The translations under genes and the position numbers were made by a program. A DNA stretch of 32,000 bases from assembly GCA_041659405.1 (NCBI GenBank), contig JBAZYK010000002.1, forward strand, positions 1-32,000. Direction: 5' to 3'. Shown here piece by piece: positions 1 to 8,252 of the stretch. Position 1 is the stretch's first letter; every line of letters begins with the position of its first letter. The DNA is from Candidatus Altimarinota bacterium (GTDB taxonomy: Bacteria > Patescibacteriota > Gracilibacteria > UBA1369). The notes under the pieces are model-generated. The model was given only the letters and a program-made list of their open reading frames with translations, was not told where the DNA came from and searched no databases.

Positions 1-130
1 TCTTTCAACCCATCAGGCAAAAGATCCCATAACAAGTCATGTTCCAACATAGCAATTTCGTTAAATGATAATTGCTATCATTAAAACTTGATTGCGTAAC
101 TTTTTCAAACTAATTATCTACTGATCCGAA

Positions 131-216
131 GAAAGGTTTGAGCAAGGCTGGAAGTTTTCTTTTGACGGGTCTCGTGGGCCCCGACAAAAGAAAATTGACG
201 CCGGCGAAAACCTTTC
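131..216. ncRNA. Candidate structured RNA or long nested hairpin (function and strand unknown)
   Basis: Nested perfect complementarity. Outer helix GAAAGGTTT (131-139) pairs with AAACCTTTC (208-216). Inner helix TTTTCTTTTG (155-164) pairs with CAAAAGAAAA (185-194). Apical CGGG (166-169) pairs with CCCG (180-183) around a 10-nt loop. The GC-rich apex sits in an otherwise AT-rich non-coding region. No match to SRP, 6S, tmRNA or RNase P signature motifs that I can recall. Confidence 0.3.
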
Positions 217-253
217 GAAGCGAATACAATACAGGGAAAAAGAGCACACGAGA

Positions 254-271
254 GAAAACCGTTAGGTTTTC
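254..271 (-). terminator. Possible weak terminator hairpin downstream of tRNA-Leu
   Basis: GAAAACC-TAAC-GGTTTTC, a 7-bp stem with a 4-nt loop, starts 13 nt after the tRNA 3' end on the minus strand. It is followed by TCTCGTGTGCTCTTTTT, so the T tract is not immediately adjacent. Confidence 0.25.
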
Positions 272-284
272 TTTCGTGATTACA

Positions 285-371
285 TGGTGGGCGGGGAGAG
301 ACTTGAACTCTCACTCCATTGCTGGAATGCGATTTTGAGTCGCACGCGTCTGCCAGTTCCGCCACTCGCCC
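285..371 (-). tRNA. tRNA-Leu (anticodon CAA), type II with long variable arm, CCA encoded
   Basis: The reverse complement folds as GGGCGAG-TG-GCG-GAACTGGCAGA-CGC-G-TGCGA-CTCAAAA-TCGCA-TTCCAGCAATGGAGT-GAGAG-TTCAAGT-CTCTC-CCCGCCC-A-CCA, 87 nt. Anticodon loop is C-T-CAA-A-A. The 15-nt variable arm has a TCCA/TGGA stem and the T-loop is TTCAAGT. There is a single A6:C67 mismatch in the acceptor stem. Confidence 0.9.
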
Positions 372-479
372 AACCAAAAAACGACCTTTTTTGCAAGGAA
401 TATACTAAAGATAAGAACTATCTAAGTCAACCCCGAAAGCTCTAAATTTATTTTACAGTGAAATTAATTTAAAAACGTG

Positions 480-485
480 TATAAT
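480..485 (+). promoter_or_regulatory. Candidate -10 box (TATAAT) for obg, positioned for a leaderless transcript
   Basis: A perfect TATAAT lies at 480-485. The A of the conserved obg ATG (492) is 7 nt after the hexamer, the usual -10 to +1 distance. No convincing -35 at 17-bp spacing (TTTACA at 452-457 is 22 bp away). Confidence 0.3.
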
Positions 486-491
486 AGGCGC

Positions 492-1841
492 ATGAGCATT
501 TTTTGTGACCTAACAATTGTGGAATTTATCGCCGGCCGAGGCGGAGACGGATCGGTTCATTTTCGTCGTGAAAAATATATCGACAGGGGCGGTCCCGACG
601 GCGGTGATGCAGGCCATGGTGGAAACATAATTCTGGTTTCCGACCCTAACATGAACACACTTAGCGACTTTAATACTAAAAAGTTATATAAAGCCGAAGA
701 TGGTGGTAATGGACAAAAAAAGAACATGCACGGCAAAGATGGCGACGATTTAACTTTAAAGGTACCTGCCGGCACGATTATTAAGAATGAAATAACTAAA
801 GAAATTATCGCGGATTTAAATAAGCCGGGAAGCTCATTCACAGTAGCTAAAGGAGGAAAAGGTGGTTTGGGTAACACTCATTTTAAGAGTAGCGTACACA
901 AAACTCCGGAATTTGCCGAAAACGGGGAAGCAGGTGAAGCAAAAAAGGTAGTCATTGAATTAAAATTGGTTGCCGATGTCGGAATTATTGGATTTCCTTC
1001 TGCGGGAAAATCGACACTGATCTCCAGAATATCAAAGGCAAAGCCAAAAATCGCCGCATATCCTTTTACAACTCTTATTCCAAATCTTGGAGTTGTAGAG
1101 ATGAGCCAGTTTGATAAGAAATCAAAAGATTCGTTTGTGGTTGCGGATATTCCGGGTCTAATTGAAGGTGCACACGAAGGAAAAGGCCTTGGCCATGAGT
1201 TTTTAAGACACGTTTCCCGCGCTGAAATTCTTGTTCATTTGATTGATCCAACCAGAGAAAATGTTAAAGAAGATTTCAAAATTATTAATCATGAACTTAA
1301 AGAGCATGATGAGAATTTGGCCAAGAAAGAACAAATAGTGGTTATCAATAAAGTTGATGCTGTTGATGAAGAAACGATCGAAAAAGATTTAAAATCATTA
1401 GTAAAAGCTTATCCAAAACTTAAAGGGAAGATCTTAAAAATCTCCGCCTTAACCGGAGAAGGACTTAAAGAATTGGCTTTTGTGATGCAAAAAGCCATTG
1501 GCGAAATGAGAAAAGAAAAGACTAAAACAGTTGCAGCACAGGAAAAACAACTGGAAAAGTCCGAAAAGGTTTTTAGACCTGATCTTGAAAAGAAAAAATT
1601 CATGACAGTATATCGTCGTGAAAAACTTGAAGCTTCAACCAAAAAGATGCGTAAAATATTTGATGTTGAAGGCGAGCGCATTGAACAGGTTGTAAAAATG
1701 ACCGACGTGGAGAATCCTGAAGGCCTGGAGCGCATTTTTCACTTTCTTAATAAGATGGGAATCAATCATTCTCTTAGAAAACAGGGAGCTCAACCCGGAG
1801 ATAAAATCCGCATTGCCGGAAAAACTTTCAGAATGCGCTAA
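492..1841 (+). CDS. obg: GTPase Obg/CgtA with C-terminal OCT extension
   Basis: N-terminal Obg fold (FCDLTIVEFIAGRGGDGSVHFRREKYIDRGGPDGGDAGHGG). G1 motif GFPSAGKST, G3 motif DIPGLIEGA, G4 motif NKVD. C-terminal TGS-like OCT domain (GERIEQVVKMTD...GDKIRIAGKTFRM). The ORF opens at GTG 477, but homology begins at ATG 492. Confidence 0.95.
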   Translation: MSIFCDLTIVEFIAGRGGDGSVHFRREKYIDRGGPDGGDAGHGGNIILVSDPNMNTLSDFNTKKLYKAEDGGNGQKKNMHGKDGDDLTLKVPAGTIIKNEITKEIIADLNKPGSSFTVAKGGKGGLGNTHFKSSVHKTPEFAENGEAGEAKKVVIELKLVADVGIIGFPSAGKSTLISRISKAKPKIAAYPFTTLIPNLGVVEMSQFDKKSKDSFVVADIPGLIEGAHEGKGLGHEFLRHVSRAEILVHLIDPTRENVKEDFKIINHELKEHDENLAKKEQIVVINKVDAVDEETIEKDLKSLVKAYPKLKGKILKISALTGEGLKELAFVMQKAIGEMRKEKTKTVAAQEKQLEKSEKVFRPDLEKKKFMTVYRREKLEASTKKMRKIFDVEGERIEQVVKMTDVENPEGLERIFHFLNKMGINHSLRKQGAQPGDKIRIAGKTFRMR

Positions 1842-1868
1842 TCAAAATGAGTTAACTTGTAAATTCGC

Positions 1869-2468
1869 ATGAAACTTATTATTGGTCTTGGAAATCCGGG
1901 CAAAGAATACGAGAACACACGCCACAATGCCGGGTTTATTTTGCTTGATTACGTACAGGAAAAATTAGGTTTTGAGAATTTTCATGAAGAAAAGAAATTC
2001 AAAGCTCTTGTTAGTATTGGCGAATTAAACGACGAGAAAGCCATTTTGGCAAAACCTCTTACTTTCATGAACCTTTCCGGTGAAGCTGTGCAGAAAATCA
2101 TGCAATTTTATAAAATTCCACTATCTGACATAATAATCGTTTATGATGATGTGGATTTACCGCTTGGAACAATCAGAATTCGTAAAAACGGCAGCCCCGG
2201 TACGCACAATGGCATGAAGTCGATTGTACAGACTATTGGAGACAATTTCCCCAGAATTCGCATAGGAATAGAGAGCAGGGGAGAAACAGCTCCGGAAAAA
2301 CAAGAAACTGTGTCCTTTGTTTTGGAACAATTCAAAAAAGAAGAACAGCTGGTCCTGGAAAAAGAGCTAAAAAAAGTCCTTGAAGCAATAAAAATGATTT
2401 TCACAGAAGGGCTGGAGAAAGCCATGAACACCTACAACCCAGGGCCAAACAAGGTTCTGGAGGCCTAA
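1869..2468 (+). CDS. pth: Peptidyl-tRNA hydrolase
   Basis: MKLIIGLGNPGKEYENTRHNAGF signature N-terminus, plus later LSGEAV, VYDDVDLPLG and IRIRKNGS.GTHNG motifs. Confidence 0.95.
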   Translation: MKLIIGLGNPGKEYENTRHNAGFILLDYVQEKLGFENFHEEKKFKALVSIGELNDEKAILAKPLTFMNLSGEAVQKIMQFYKIPLSDIIIVYDDVDLPLGTIRIRKNGSPGTHNGMKSIVQTIGDNFPRIRIGIESRGETAPEKQETVSFVLEQFKKEEQLVLEKELKKVLEAIKMIFTEGLEKAMNTYNPGPNKVLEA

Positions 2469-2539
2469 ATTTAAAAACAATACTTGCTTTTTATTGAAAT
2501 TTTCAGTAAATTTACCCTCGCACATTTACCAAAAAACTT

Positions 2540-2857
2540 ATGTTTGCTGTTGTAGAAATCGGAGGACGACAATACAAAGTCACTCCAAACGAAAAAATAG
2601 AAGTAGAAAAGCTTCCAAATGAAGCAGGTGAAAGCCTGGTTTTTGATAAGGTTCTCCTTATTTCCGATGAAAAAGGACAAGATGCCCAAATCGGCAAACC
2701 ATATCTTAAAGGCGCAAAGGTAGAAGCCAAAGTCGTTGAAAATTTCAAGGGCGATAAAATTATCGTTCACAAATTTATCGCAAAAAAGCGTTATTCAAAG
2801 ACAAAGGGCCACAGACAAAATTACACACGTCTGGAAATCCTGGAAATCAAGGCTTAA
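2540..2857 (+). CDS. rplU: 50S ribosomal protein L21
   Basis: MFAVVEIGGRQYKV... KFKGDKIIVHKFIAKKRYSKTKGHRQNYTRLEI is the typical bL21 sequence and length (105 aa). Confidence 0.95.
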   Translation: MFAVVEIGGRQYKVTPNEKIEVEKLPNEAGESLVFDKVLLISDEKGQDAQIGKPYLKGAKVEAKVVENFKGDKIIVHKFIAKKRYSKTKGHRQNYTRLEILEIKA

Positions 2858-2866
2858 TACCCTTTT

Positions 2867-3844
2867 CTAAACCTTATAGGTTTCGATACCAGTCAGAACA
2901 TTCATCAGATCATTCGAAAGGGTTGCTTCAAAAGCAACTCTTTTTTGTTGACCGGGAAGCGTGAAATCTATTTCCTGGGCATGTAAAAACTGACGCTCCA
3001 ACTGAAATTTTTCCTTAAAAAGAACATTCACTTTTTCTCTTCCATATAAAACATCTCCAACCAATGGGAAACCAATACTCGTAAAATGAACACGAATTTG
3101 GTGAGTTCTTCCGGTAATCAGCCCAACTTTCACTAAAGTATAATGTGGAGCAACAGAAAAAGGAGTCTTGTAATAGCTCAAAACCTCATAATTGGTAAGA
3201 GCCTTTTTGCCATGCGACAATGGAACAACCGCCATCTTCTTCCTATTAGCAGAGCTGCGACCAATCGGAGCCTCAATAGAACCCTTCTTAGGCTCTAAAT
3301 GTCCCACCAACAGCGCAACGTACGTTTTCTTGATCTCATGGTTTTTAAGCTGCAAAGCAAGGTCACTGTGAGCCTGGTCATTTTTAGCCACCAAAATCGC
3401 TCCGGAAGTATCTTTATCGAGTCTATGAACAATTCCCGGCCTTTGAACACCACCAATGCCACTTAAGTTGCCTTTGCAATGGTATAAAACAGCATTAACA
3501 AGACTATCTTCCGCATGGGTATCACCAACGCCCGGATGAACCACCAGCCCCGGCTGCTTATTAATGACCAAAAGATCTTTATTTTCAAAAATAATATCCA
3601 GTGGAATATCCTTTTCTTTCAGGTCCAAAGCCTTCGCCTCGGGAACAGTAAGCTCAACTTTTTCACCAAGCTTAAGCAGCGTGCGTGGCTTAGCTTTTTT
3701 ATTGTTAATCAAAATCTGCTCTTCTTTAAGCAATTTTTGAAGATATTGTCTTGTGAATTTCGGAAAACGCTTCACGAGTACCCGGTCTAAACGCAAATTC
3801 AAATCTTCCTCCTGCGCCGTAAATGATAGTTTTTGTGGTTTCAT
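2867..3844 (-). CDS. rluD: 23S rRNA pseudouridine synthase, RluA family with N-terminal S4 domain (RluD-like)
   Basis: S4-like RLDRVLVKRFPKFTRQYLQKLLKEEQILINNK. Catalytic motif HRLDKDTSG, plus GRTHQIRVH and FLHA motifs. The ORF extends to 3967, but homology starts at MKPQKLSF (ATG 3844). Confidence 0.85.
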   Translation of the reverse strand: MKPQKLSFTAQEEDLNLRLDRVLVKRFPKFTRQYLQKLLKEEQILINNKKAKPRTLLKLGEKVELTVPEAKALDLKEKDIPLDIIFENKDLLVINKQPGLVVHPGVGDTHAEDSLVNAVLYHCKGNLSGIGGVQRPGIVHRLDKDTSGAILVAKNDQAHSDLALQLKNHEIKKTYVALLVGHLEPKKGSIEAPIGRSSANRKKMAVVPLSHGKKALTNYEVLSYYKTPFSVAPHYTLVKVGLITGRTHQIRVHFTSIGFPLVGDVLYGREKVNVLFKEKFQLERQFLHAQEIDFTLPGQQKRVAFEATLSNDLMNVLTGIETYKV

Positions 3845-4006
3845 TCCGCGCCATTCTAGCAAAAATACGCGGAATACGCACACAAAAACAAAACATTGCA
3901 AAATTCCTTTAGCAGACGGGCTTAATTCCCAAGCATAAAAATCAAATTTCATTGTGTTGAAAGCCAAATAAGCCTAAGATGGAAACGATTTTTCTTTTTC
4001 AAAAAA

Positions 4007-5206
4007 ATGCCCAAATCAGATTTACAAAAAATTCATCACCTCTTAAATCACGGAACAGTTGAAGTAGTAGTCAAAGCGGAACTGGAAAAAAAACTGCTTT
4101 CCGGTAAAAAACTAAATATCAAATTGGGAATAGATCCAACCGGAGCCGACCTTCACCTTGGTCACATGGTGGTAGTTCGCAAATTAAAAGTATTTCAAGA
4201 ATTAGGCCATAATATTATTTTACTTTTTGGAAATTTTACCGGCCAAATTGGCGATCCAACCGATAAAAAAGAAACCAGAAAAGCAAAATCACAAGAAGAT
4301 CTGGAGAAAAATGCCCAGCATTATCTTGATCAGGTCAAAAAGCTGATCGACATCAGCAAAATTAAGATTGTTTGGAATGCCGATTGGCTTTCAAAATTAA
4401 ATTTTAGCGATGTTGTTCAGCTAGCCTCCAATTTTACGGTAGCTCAAATGCTGGAAAGAGACATGTTCCAGGAAAGAATTAAAAACAATGCCCCAATCGC
4501 CATGCATGAATTCTTTTATCCGCTGATGCAGGGTTATGATTCTGTAGCCATTAAAGCTGATGTCGAGCTTGGCGGAACAGATCAAACCTTCAATTTACTT
4601 GCAGGAAGAGTTTTGCAAAAAGCTTACGGCCAGGAACCTCAAAACATTATGACTGTTCCAATTCTTGAAGGATTGGACGGCAAAATTAAAATGGGCAAAT
4701 CAACCGGCAACTATATTGGCGTAAATGAAGAACCAAAAGTAATGTTTGGAAAAATAATGTCCATTCCCGACGAACTGATTATTCGTTACTTTGAACTGAC
4801 GACCGAGGTGAACATCGACCAATTAACTGCAATCAAGGAAAGGCTTACTAAAGGCGAAAATCCACGCAATCTCAAATTGGAATTGGCTAAAGAAATCGTT
4901 ACGGCATATCACAGCGCAGACCTTGCAGAAGGAGCCAAAAAAGAATTTATCGAAATTTTTAGCAACAAAGGCCTTCCAACAGAAATTGAACTTATCAAAA
5001 TTTCAGCAGATGAAATTGGAATAATTGATTTATTGGTTCAGGCCAATCTTTGCCCTTCCAAAAGCGAAGCGCGCAGGTTGATTACCCAGGGTGGAGTAAA
5101 AGTTAACAACGAAAAAGTTACCGACATAAACAATAAAATCGATTTAACTAAAGAATCAATTATCCAGGCCGGCAAAAGGAAATTTATTAAAGTAGTTAAA
5201 GCCTAA
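4007..5206 (+). CDS. tyrS: Tyrosine--tRNA ligase
   Basis: Class I signatures GADLHLGH (HIGH) and KMGKS (KMSKS), with a C-terminal S4 domain (SKSEARRLITQGGVKVNNEKV). Confidence 0.95.
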   Translation: MPKSDLQKIHHLLNHGTVEVVVKAELEKKLLSGKKLNIKLGIDPTGADLHLGHMVVVRKLKVFQELGHNIILLFGNFTGQIGDPTDKKETRKAKSQEDLEKNAQHYLDQVKKLIDISKIKIVWNADWLSKLNFSDVVQLASNFTVAQMLERDMFQERIKNNAPIAMHEFFYPLMQGYDSVAIKADVELGGTDQTFNLLAGRVLQKAYGQEPQNIMTVPILEGLDGKIKMGKSTGNYIGVNEEPKVMFGKIMSIPDELIIRYFELTTEVNIDQLTAIKERLTKGENPRNLKLELAKEIVTAYHSADLAEGAKKEFIEIFSNKGLPTEIELIKISADEIGIIDLLVQANLCPSKSEARRLITQGGVKVNNEKVTDINNKIDLTKESIIQAGKRKFIKVVKA

Positions 5207-5210
5207 TACC

Positions 5211-6251
5211 ATGAGCAAACTAAAACTAACCGATGTCATTTCGTTAAGAACTCTGCAGAAAATTCAGGATAGTTTCGCTGATGCCGCCGGAATGCCGGTA
5301 TCATTGCGCGATCTTGATAACGAACTAATCACCAACATCAGCAATAAAACTAATTTATGGAGAGTTATCGAAACAATCCCGGAAATGAAAGCGCTCTGGA
5401 ATGAAAAAAACCTTGAAGCACTTGAAGAAAGCGTCAAAACCGGAGAAGTAATTATTTATGAAAGACATGCTGAAACCTATACATTCGCTGTCCCGGTGAC
5501 CGTTAATGGCAGAAGTTTAGCCTATTTTATTGGAGGTTTAGTCAGATTCGGAAATCCGAATATAGAACTATGCAAAAAAGAAGCTGAATTATTAAGAATA
5601 AGCCTTGATGAATTTTTAGATCTATATTTGCAGGTGCCGTTAATAACCAGAAAAAGACTGGAAGCTGCCGGCTATCTTTTAAAAACAATTGCCAATACCA
5701 TTTCGAACCTGGAAATAGAATCTACTCAGGCAAAAGCCGAAACTAAGGCCATAATTCAAGATCATGAAATGCTTAAAAAGGAAATTGCCCATAAAAATCA
5801 GCTTTTAAATGAGCATAGCGTAAAATATCAAACACTTTTTCATGAGGTTCAGGATGGCATTTTTACGGTAGATATGGAAGGGAAAATACTTGATGTAAAT
5901 CCGGCGGGAGCAGCAATGCTTGGCCATAAAGTAAATGAGACTATTGGGACGTATACCCAAAATTATTACGTCCACCTTGCCGACAAAAAAAAATATTTAG
6001 ATAGTATTACCAGGTTTGAACACATCCAGAATTTTTATCCTGAGTTAAGAATAAAAGGAGGAGGAACGATAATTGTAGAGCTAAGCGCAGTCCTTATGAA
6101 GGACAAAAACGGCAAAAACATTGGAATACAAGGAATATTCCGTGATATAAGCTGTAGGAAACATCAAAAATTGGAAGATAACAGCCAAAACCATGTCACT
6201 GAACAGCAAACTATCAAATCAGCTCAAAACCACCAAGGGGCATCTAAATAA
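5211..6251 (+). CDS. PocR-like sensory domain + coiled coil + PAS domain protein, no recognisable output domain
   Basis: The N-terminus LRTLQKIQDSFADAAGMPVSLRDLDNELIT ... AVPVTVNGRSLAYFIGG resembles the PocR sensor domain but lacks its usual Cys residues. C-terminal PAS: YQTLFHEVQDGIFTVDMEGKILDVNPAGAAMLGH ... IGIQGIFRDIS. Confidence 0.6.
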   Translation: MSKLKLTDVISLRTLQKIQDSFADAAGMPVSLRDLDNELITNISNKTNLWRVIETIPEMKALWNEKNLEALEESVKTGEVIIYERHAETYTFAVPVTVNGRSLAYFIGGLVRFGNPNIELCKKEAELLRISLDEFLDLYLQVPLITRKRLEAAGYLLKTIANTISNLEIESTQAKAETKAIIQDHEMLKKEIAHKNQLLNEHSVKYQTLFHEVQDGIFTVDMEGKILDVNPAGAAMLGHKVNETIGTYTQNYYVHLADKKKYLDSITRFEHIQNFYPELRIKGGGTIIVELSAVLMKDKNGKNIGIQGIFRDISCRKHQKLEDNSQNHVTEQQTIKSAQNHQGASK

Positions 6252-8232
6252 GCTGCAAGGACTCGGTATTGAAACAATTAAAGACCTGCTGTTGTATTTC
6301 CCCAGAGTTTACGAAGATCGCAGTCTTTACACTTCAATTGCTGAACTTAGAACCGACGAAATTAACAATATTAGAGGTACGCTAAGTAACCTGTTTTTTC
6401 GCAAAACAAGAGTTGGTAAATGTCTGATGAAAGGGCGAATAACCGATCAAACGGGCTCAGTCGAAGTCATCTGGTTTAATCAGCCATACCTGCAAAGAAT
6501 CCTTAAAAATGGCCAACAGATAGTCGTTTCCGGAAAAGCAAAATATAACCAAGGCAAATTAAGTCTTTTGGGCCCGTCGTTTGAACCTGTAAAAAAAGAG
6601 CAAACACACGTGGGAATAATCATACCGGTTTATCATGAAACAGAAGGAATTAATTCTAAATGGCTGCGTGAAAAAATAAAGCCACTATTAAAAGAATGGA
6701 AAAGTTTTTTCAGCGAGTATCTGCCGGAGGATATAATCGAAAAATATCAATTAATGAGCTACTCAAATGCAATCGAGATTGTTCATTTTCCCAAAGACGA
6801 AGAAACACTTAATGAAGCCAAGAAACGCCTGAGCTTTGATGAGTTATTTTTACTCCAACTCAAAGCTCTTCAAAAAAAATGGCATTGGCAAAATATTGCC
6901 GAGCACGAAAAAAAGCAGATAGAGAAGGATCCGGTAATTGCTGATTTCATCAAGAATTTGCCTTATGAATTAACCAACGCCCAAGTACGAAGTTTGGAAG
7001 AAATCCTCTTCGATCTTCAAAAGCCATATCCAATGTCCAGGCTCTTGCAAGGGGATGTAGGCTCGGGAAAAACCGTTATAGCAGCCATTGCCGCACTTAA
7101 TGTTTTAAAAGCCGGCTTCCAGGTTGCAATCATGGCTCCAACCGAAATCCTGGCCAAACAACATTATCTGACAATTTATAAATTTCTAAAAAATCTAAAT
7201 TTTAATATTCAATTCATTGCAGGGAGTACACCGGACGGAATCAAAGAAGAAATAACTCAGAATTTGGCGTTAGGTACAATCGACATAGTCATTGGCACAC
7301 ATTCGTTAATACAGGAAAATATTCGTTTCAAAAAGCTGGGTTTAGCTGTAATTGATGAGCAGCATCGCTTTGGCGTAAAACAGAGAGAAATTCTAAAAAA
7401 TCACAACAGTCCACATCTTTTAAGTCTTTCCGCCACACCAATTCCACGAACCCTGGCCATGACCATTTATGGGGATCAGGATCTTTCAATCATTGACGAA
7501 ATGCCAAAAGGAAGGCAAGAAATCATCACCCGCATCGTTCCGGAAAATAAGCGCATGGACGCCTATCGCTGGATAGAAGATCAAGTTAAGAAGGGACGTC
7601 AGGCTTTTATTATTTGTCCATTAATTGATGAATCTGATGTACTTGAGGTTAAATCGGCTATCCAGGAATTTGAATATTTAAAAGAAGCAGTTTTTCCACA
7701 ACTTAAAATGGGATTGCTCCACGGAAAAATGAAACCAAAAGACAAAGAAGAAATCATGAATTTATTTTCCTTAAACAAAATTAATATTTTGGTTTCTACT
7801 TCGGTTATTGAAGTTGGAATCGATGTTCCCAATGCCAGCATTATGGTTATAGAAGGCTCTGAACGTTTTGGGTTGTCACAATTACATCAATTTAGAGGAA
7901 GAGTAGGTCGTGGAAACCATCAATCATACTGTTTTCTTTTCACTAAAAGCAGATCGGAAAATGGGGGAAACAGACTACAGGCAATGGTTAAACACACCAG
8001 CGGTTTTAAATTGGCCGAAATTGATTTAAGTTTAAGAGGGCCGGGCGAAATTTATGGCGTAAAACAAAGCGGCATTCCTGACCTAAAAATGGCCTCACTC
8101 AGCGATTCTGCAACCATTTACATTGCCCGTGAAGCTGCGCAAAATATAATTGATAAAGATCCTCAATTAAAAAACTATCCAAAACTAAAGGAAAAACTGG
8201 ATAAACTCCAGGAAGTTTTTGTGAACGATTAA
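6193..8232 (+). CDS. recG: ATP-dependent DNA helicase RecG
   Basis: N-terminal LQGLGIETIKDLLLYFPRVYEDR followed by a wedge domain. Helicase motifs: LLQGDVGSGKT (I), VIDEQHRFG (II/DEQH), SATPIPRT (III), QLHQFRGRVGRG (VI). Confidence 0.95.
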   Translation: MSLNSKLSNQLKTTKGHLNKLQGLGIETIKDLLLYFPRVYEDRSLYTSIAELRTDEINNIRGTLSNLFFRKTRVGKCLMKGRITDQTGSVEVIWFNQPYLQRILKNGQQIVVSGKAKYNQGKLSLLGPSFEPVKKEQTHVGIIIPVYHETEGINSKWLREKIKPLLKEWKSFFSEYLPEDIIEKYQLMSYSNAIEIVHFPKDEETLNEAKKRLSFDELFLLQLKALQKKWHWQNIAEHEKKQIEKDPVIADFIKNLPYELTNAQVRSLEEILFDLQKPYPMSRLLQGDVGSGKTVIAAIAALNVLKAGFQVAIMAPTEILAKQHYLTIYKFLKNLNFNIQFIAGSTPDGIKEEITQNLALGTIDIVIGTHSLIQENIRFKKLGLAVIDEQHRFGVKQREILKNHNSPHLLSLSATPIPRTLAMTIYGDQDLSIIDEMPKGRQEIITRIVPENKRMDAYRWIEDQVKKGRQAFIICPLIDESDVLEVKSAIQEFEYLKEAVFPQLKMGLLHGKMKPKDKEEIMNLFSLNKINILVSTSVIEVGIDVPNASIMVIEGSERFGLSQLHQFRGRVGRGNHQSYCFLFTKSRSENGGNRLQAMVKHTSGFKLAEIDLSLRGPGEIYGVKQSGIPDLKMASLSDSATIYIAREAAQNIIDKDPQLKNYPKLKEKLDKLQEVFVND

Positions 8233-8252
8233 GTCTTCAATTAAAGCATTTC

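Noticed and set aside
1-50. Possible start of a minus-strand gene (ATG at 50-48, reading MLEHDLLWDLLPDGLK... out of the window)
   Set aside because: Only 16 codons are visible and there is no recognisable motif. Too little sequence to support a call.
131-216. Identification of the nested hairpin as SRP (4.5S) RNA, 6S RNA, tmRNA or RNase P RNA
   Set aside because: It has no GNRA-capped domain IV motifs (GGAA...AGCA), no tag ORF or tRNA-like end, and no RNase P conserved blocks. Only a generic structured-RNA call is supportable.
285-371. tRNA-Leu as a pseudogene, because of the A6:C67 acceptor-stem mismatch
   Set aside because: All other stems, the conserved loops and the CCA end are intact. 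A single A:C apposition is tolerated in functional tRNAs.
114-377. ORFs 114..377 (-) and 138..338 (+) in the first intergenic region
   Set aside because: They overlap the tRNA-Leu gene and the nested-hairpin structure. Their translations are low-complexity with no homology signal. They are most likely non-coding.
2471-2770. ORFs 2471..2770 (-) and 2512..2748 (-) opposite rplU
   Set aside because: Both are antisense to a universally conserved ribosomal protein gene and are spurious.
3845-3967. 41-codon N-terminal extension of the rluD-like ORF (MAFNTMKFDFYAWEL...)
   Set aside because: RluD-family homology, including the S4 domain, begins at MKPQKLSF (ATG 3844). The extension would leave only 39 bp for two divergent promoters and has no family support.
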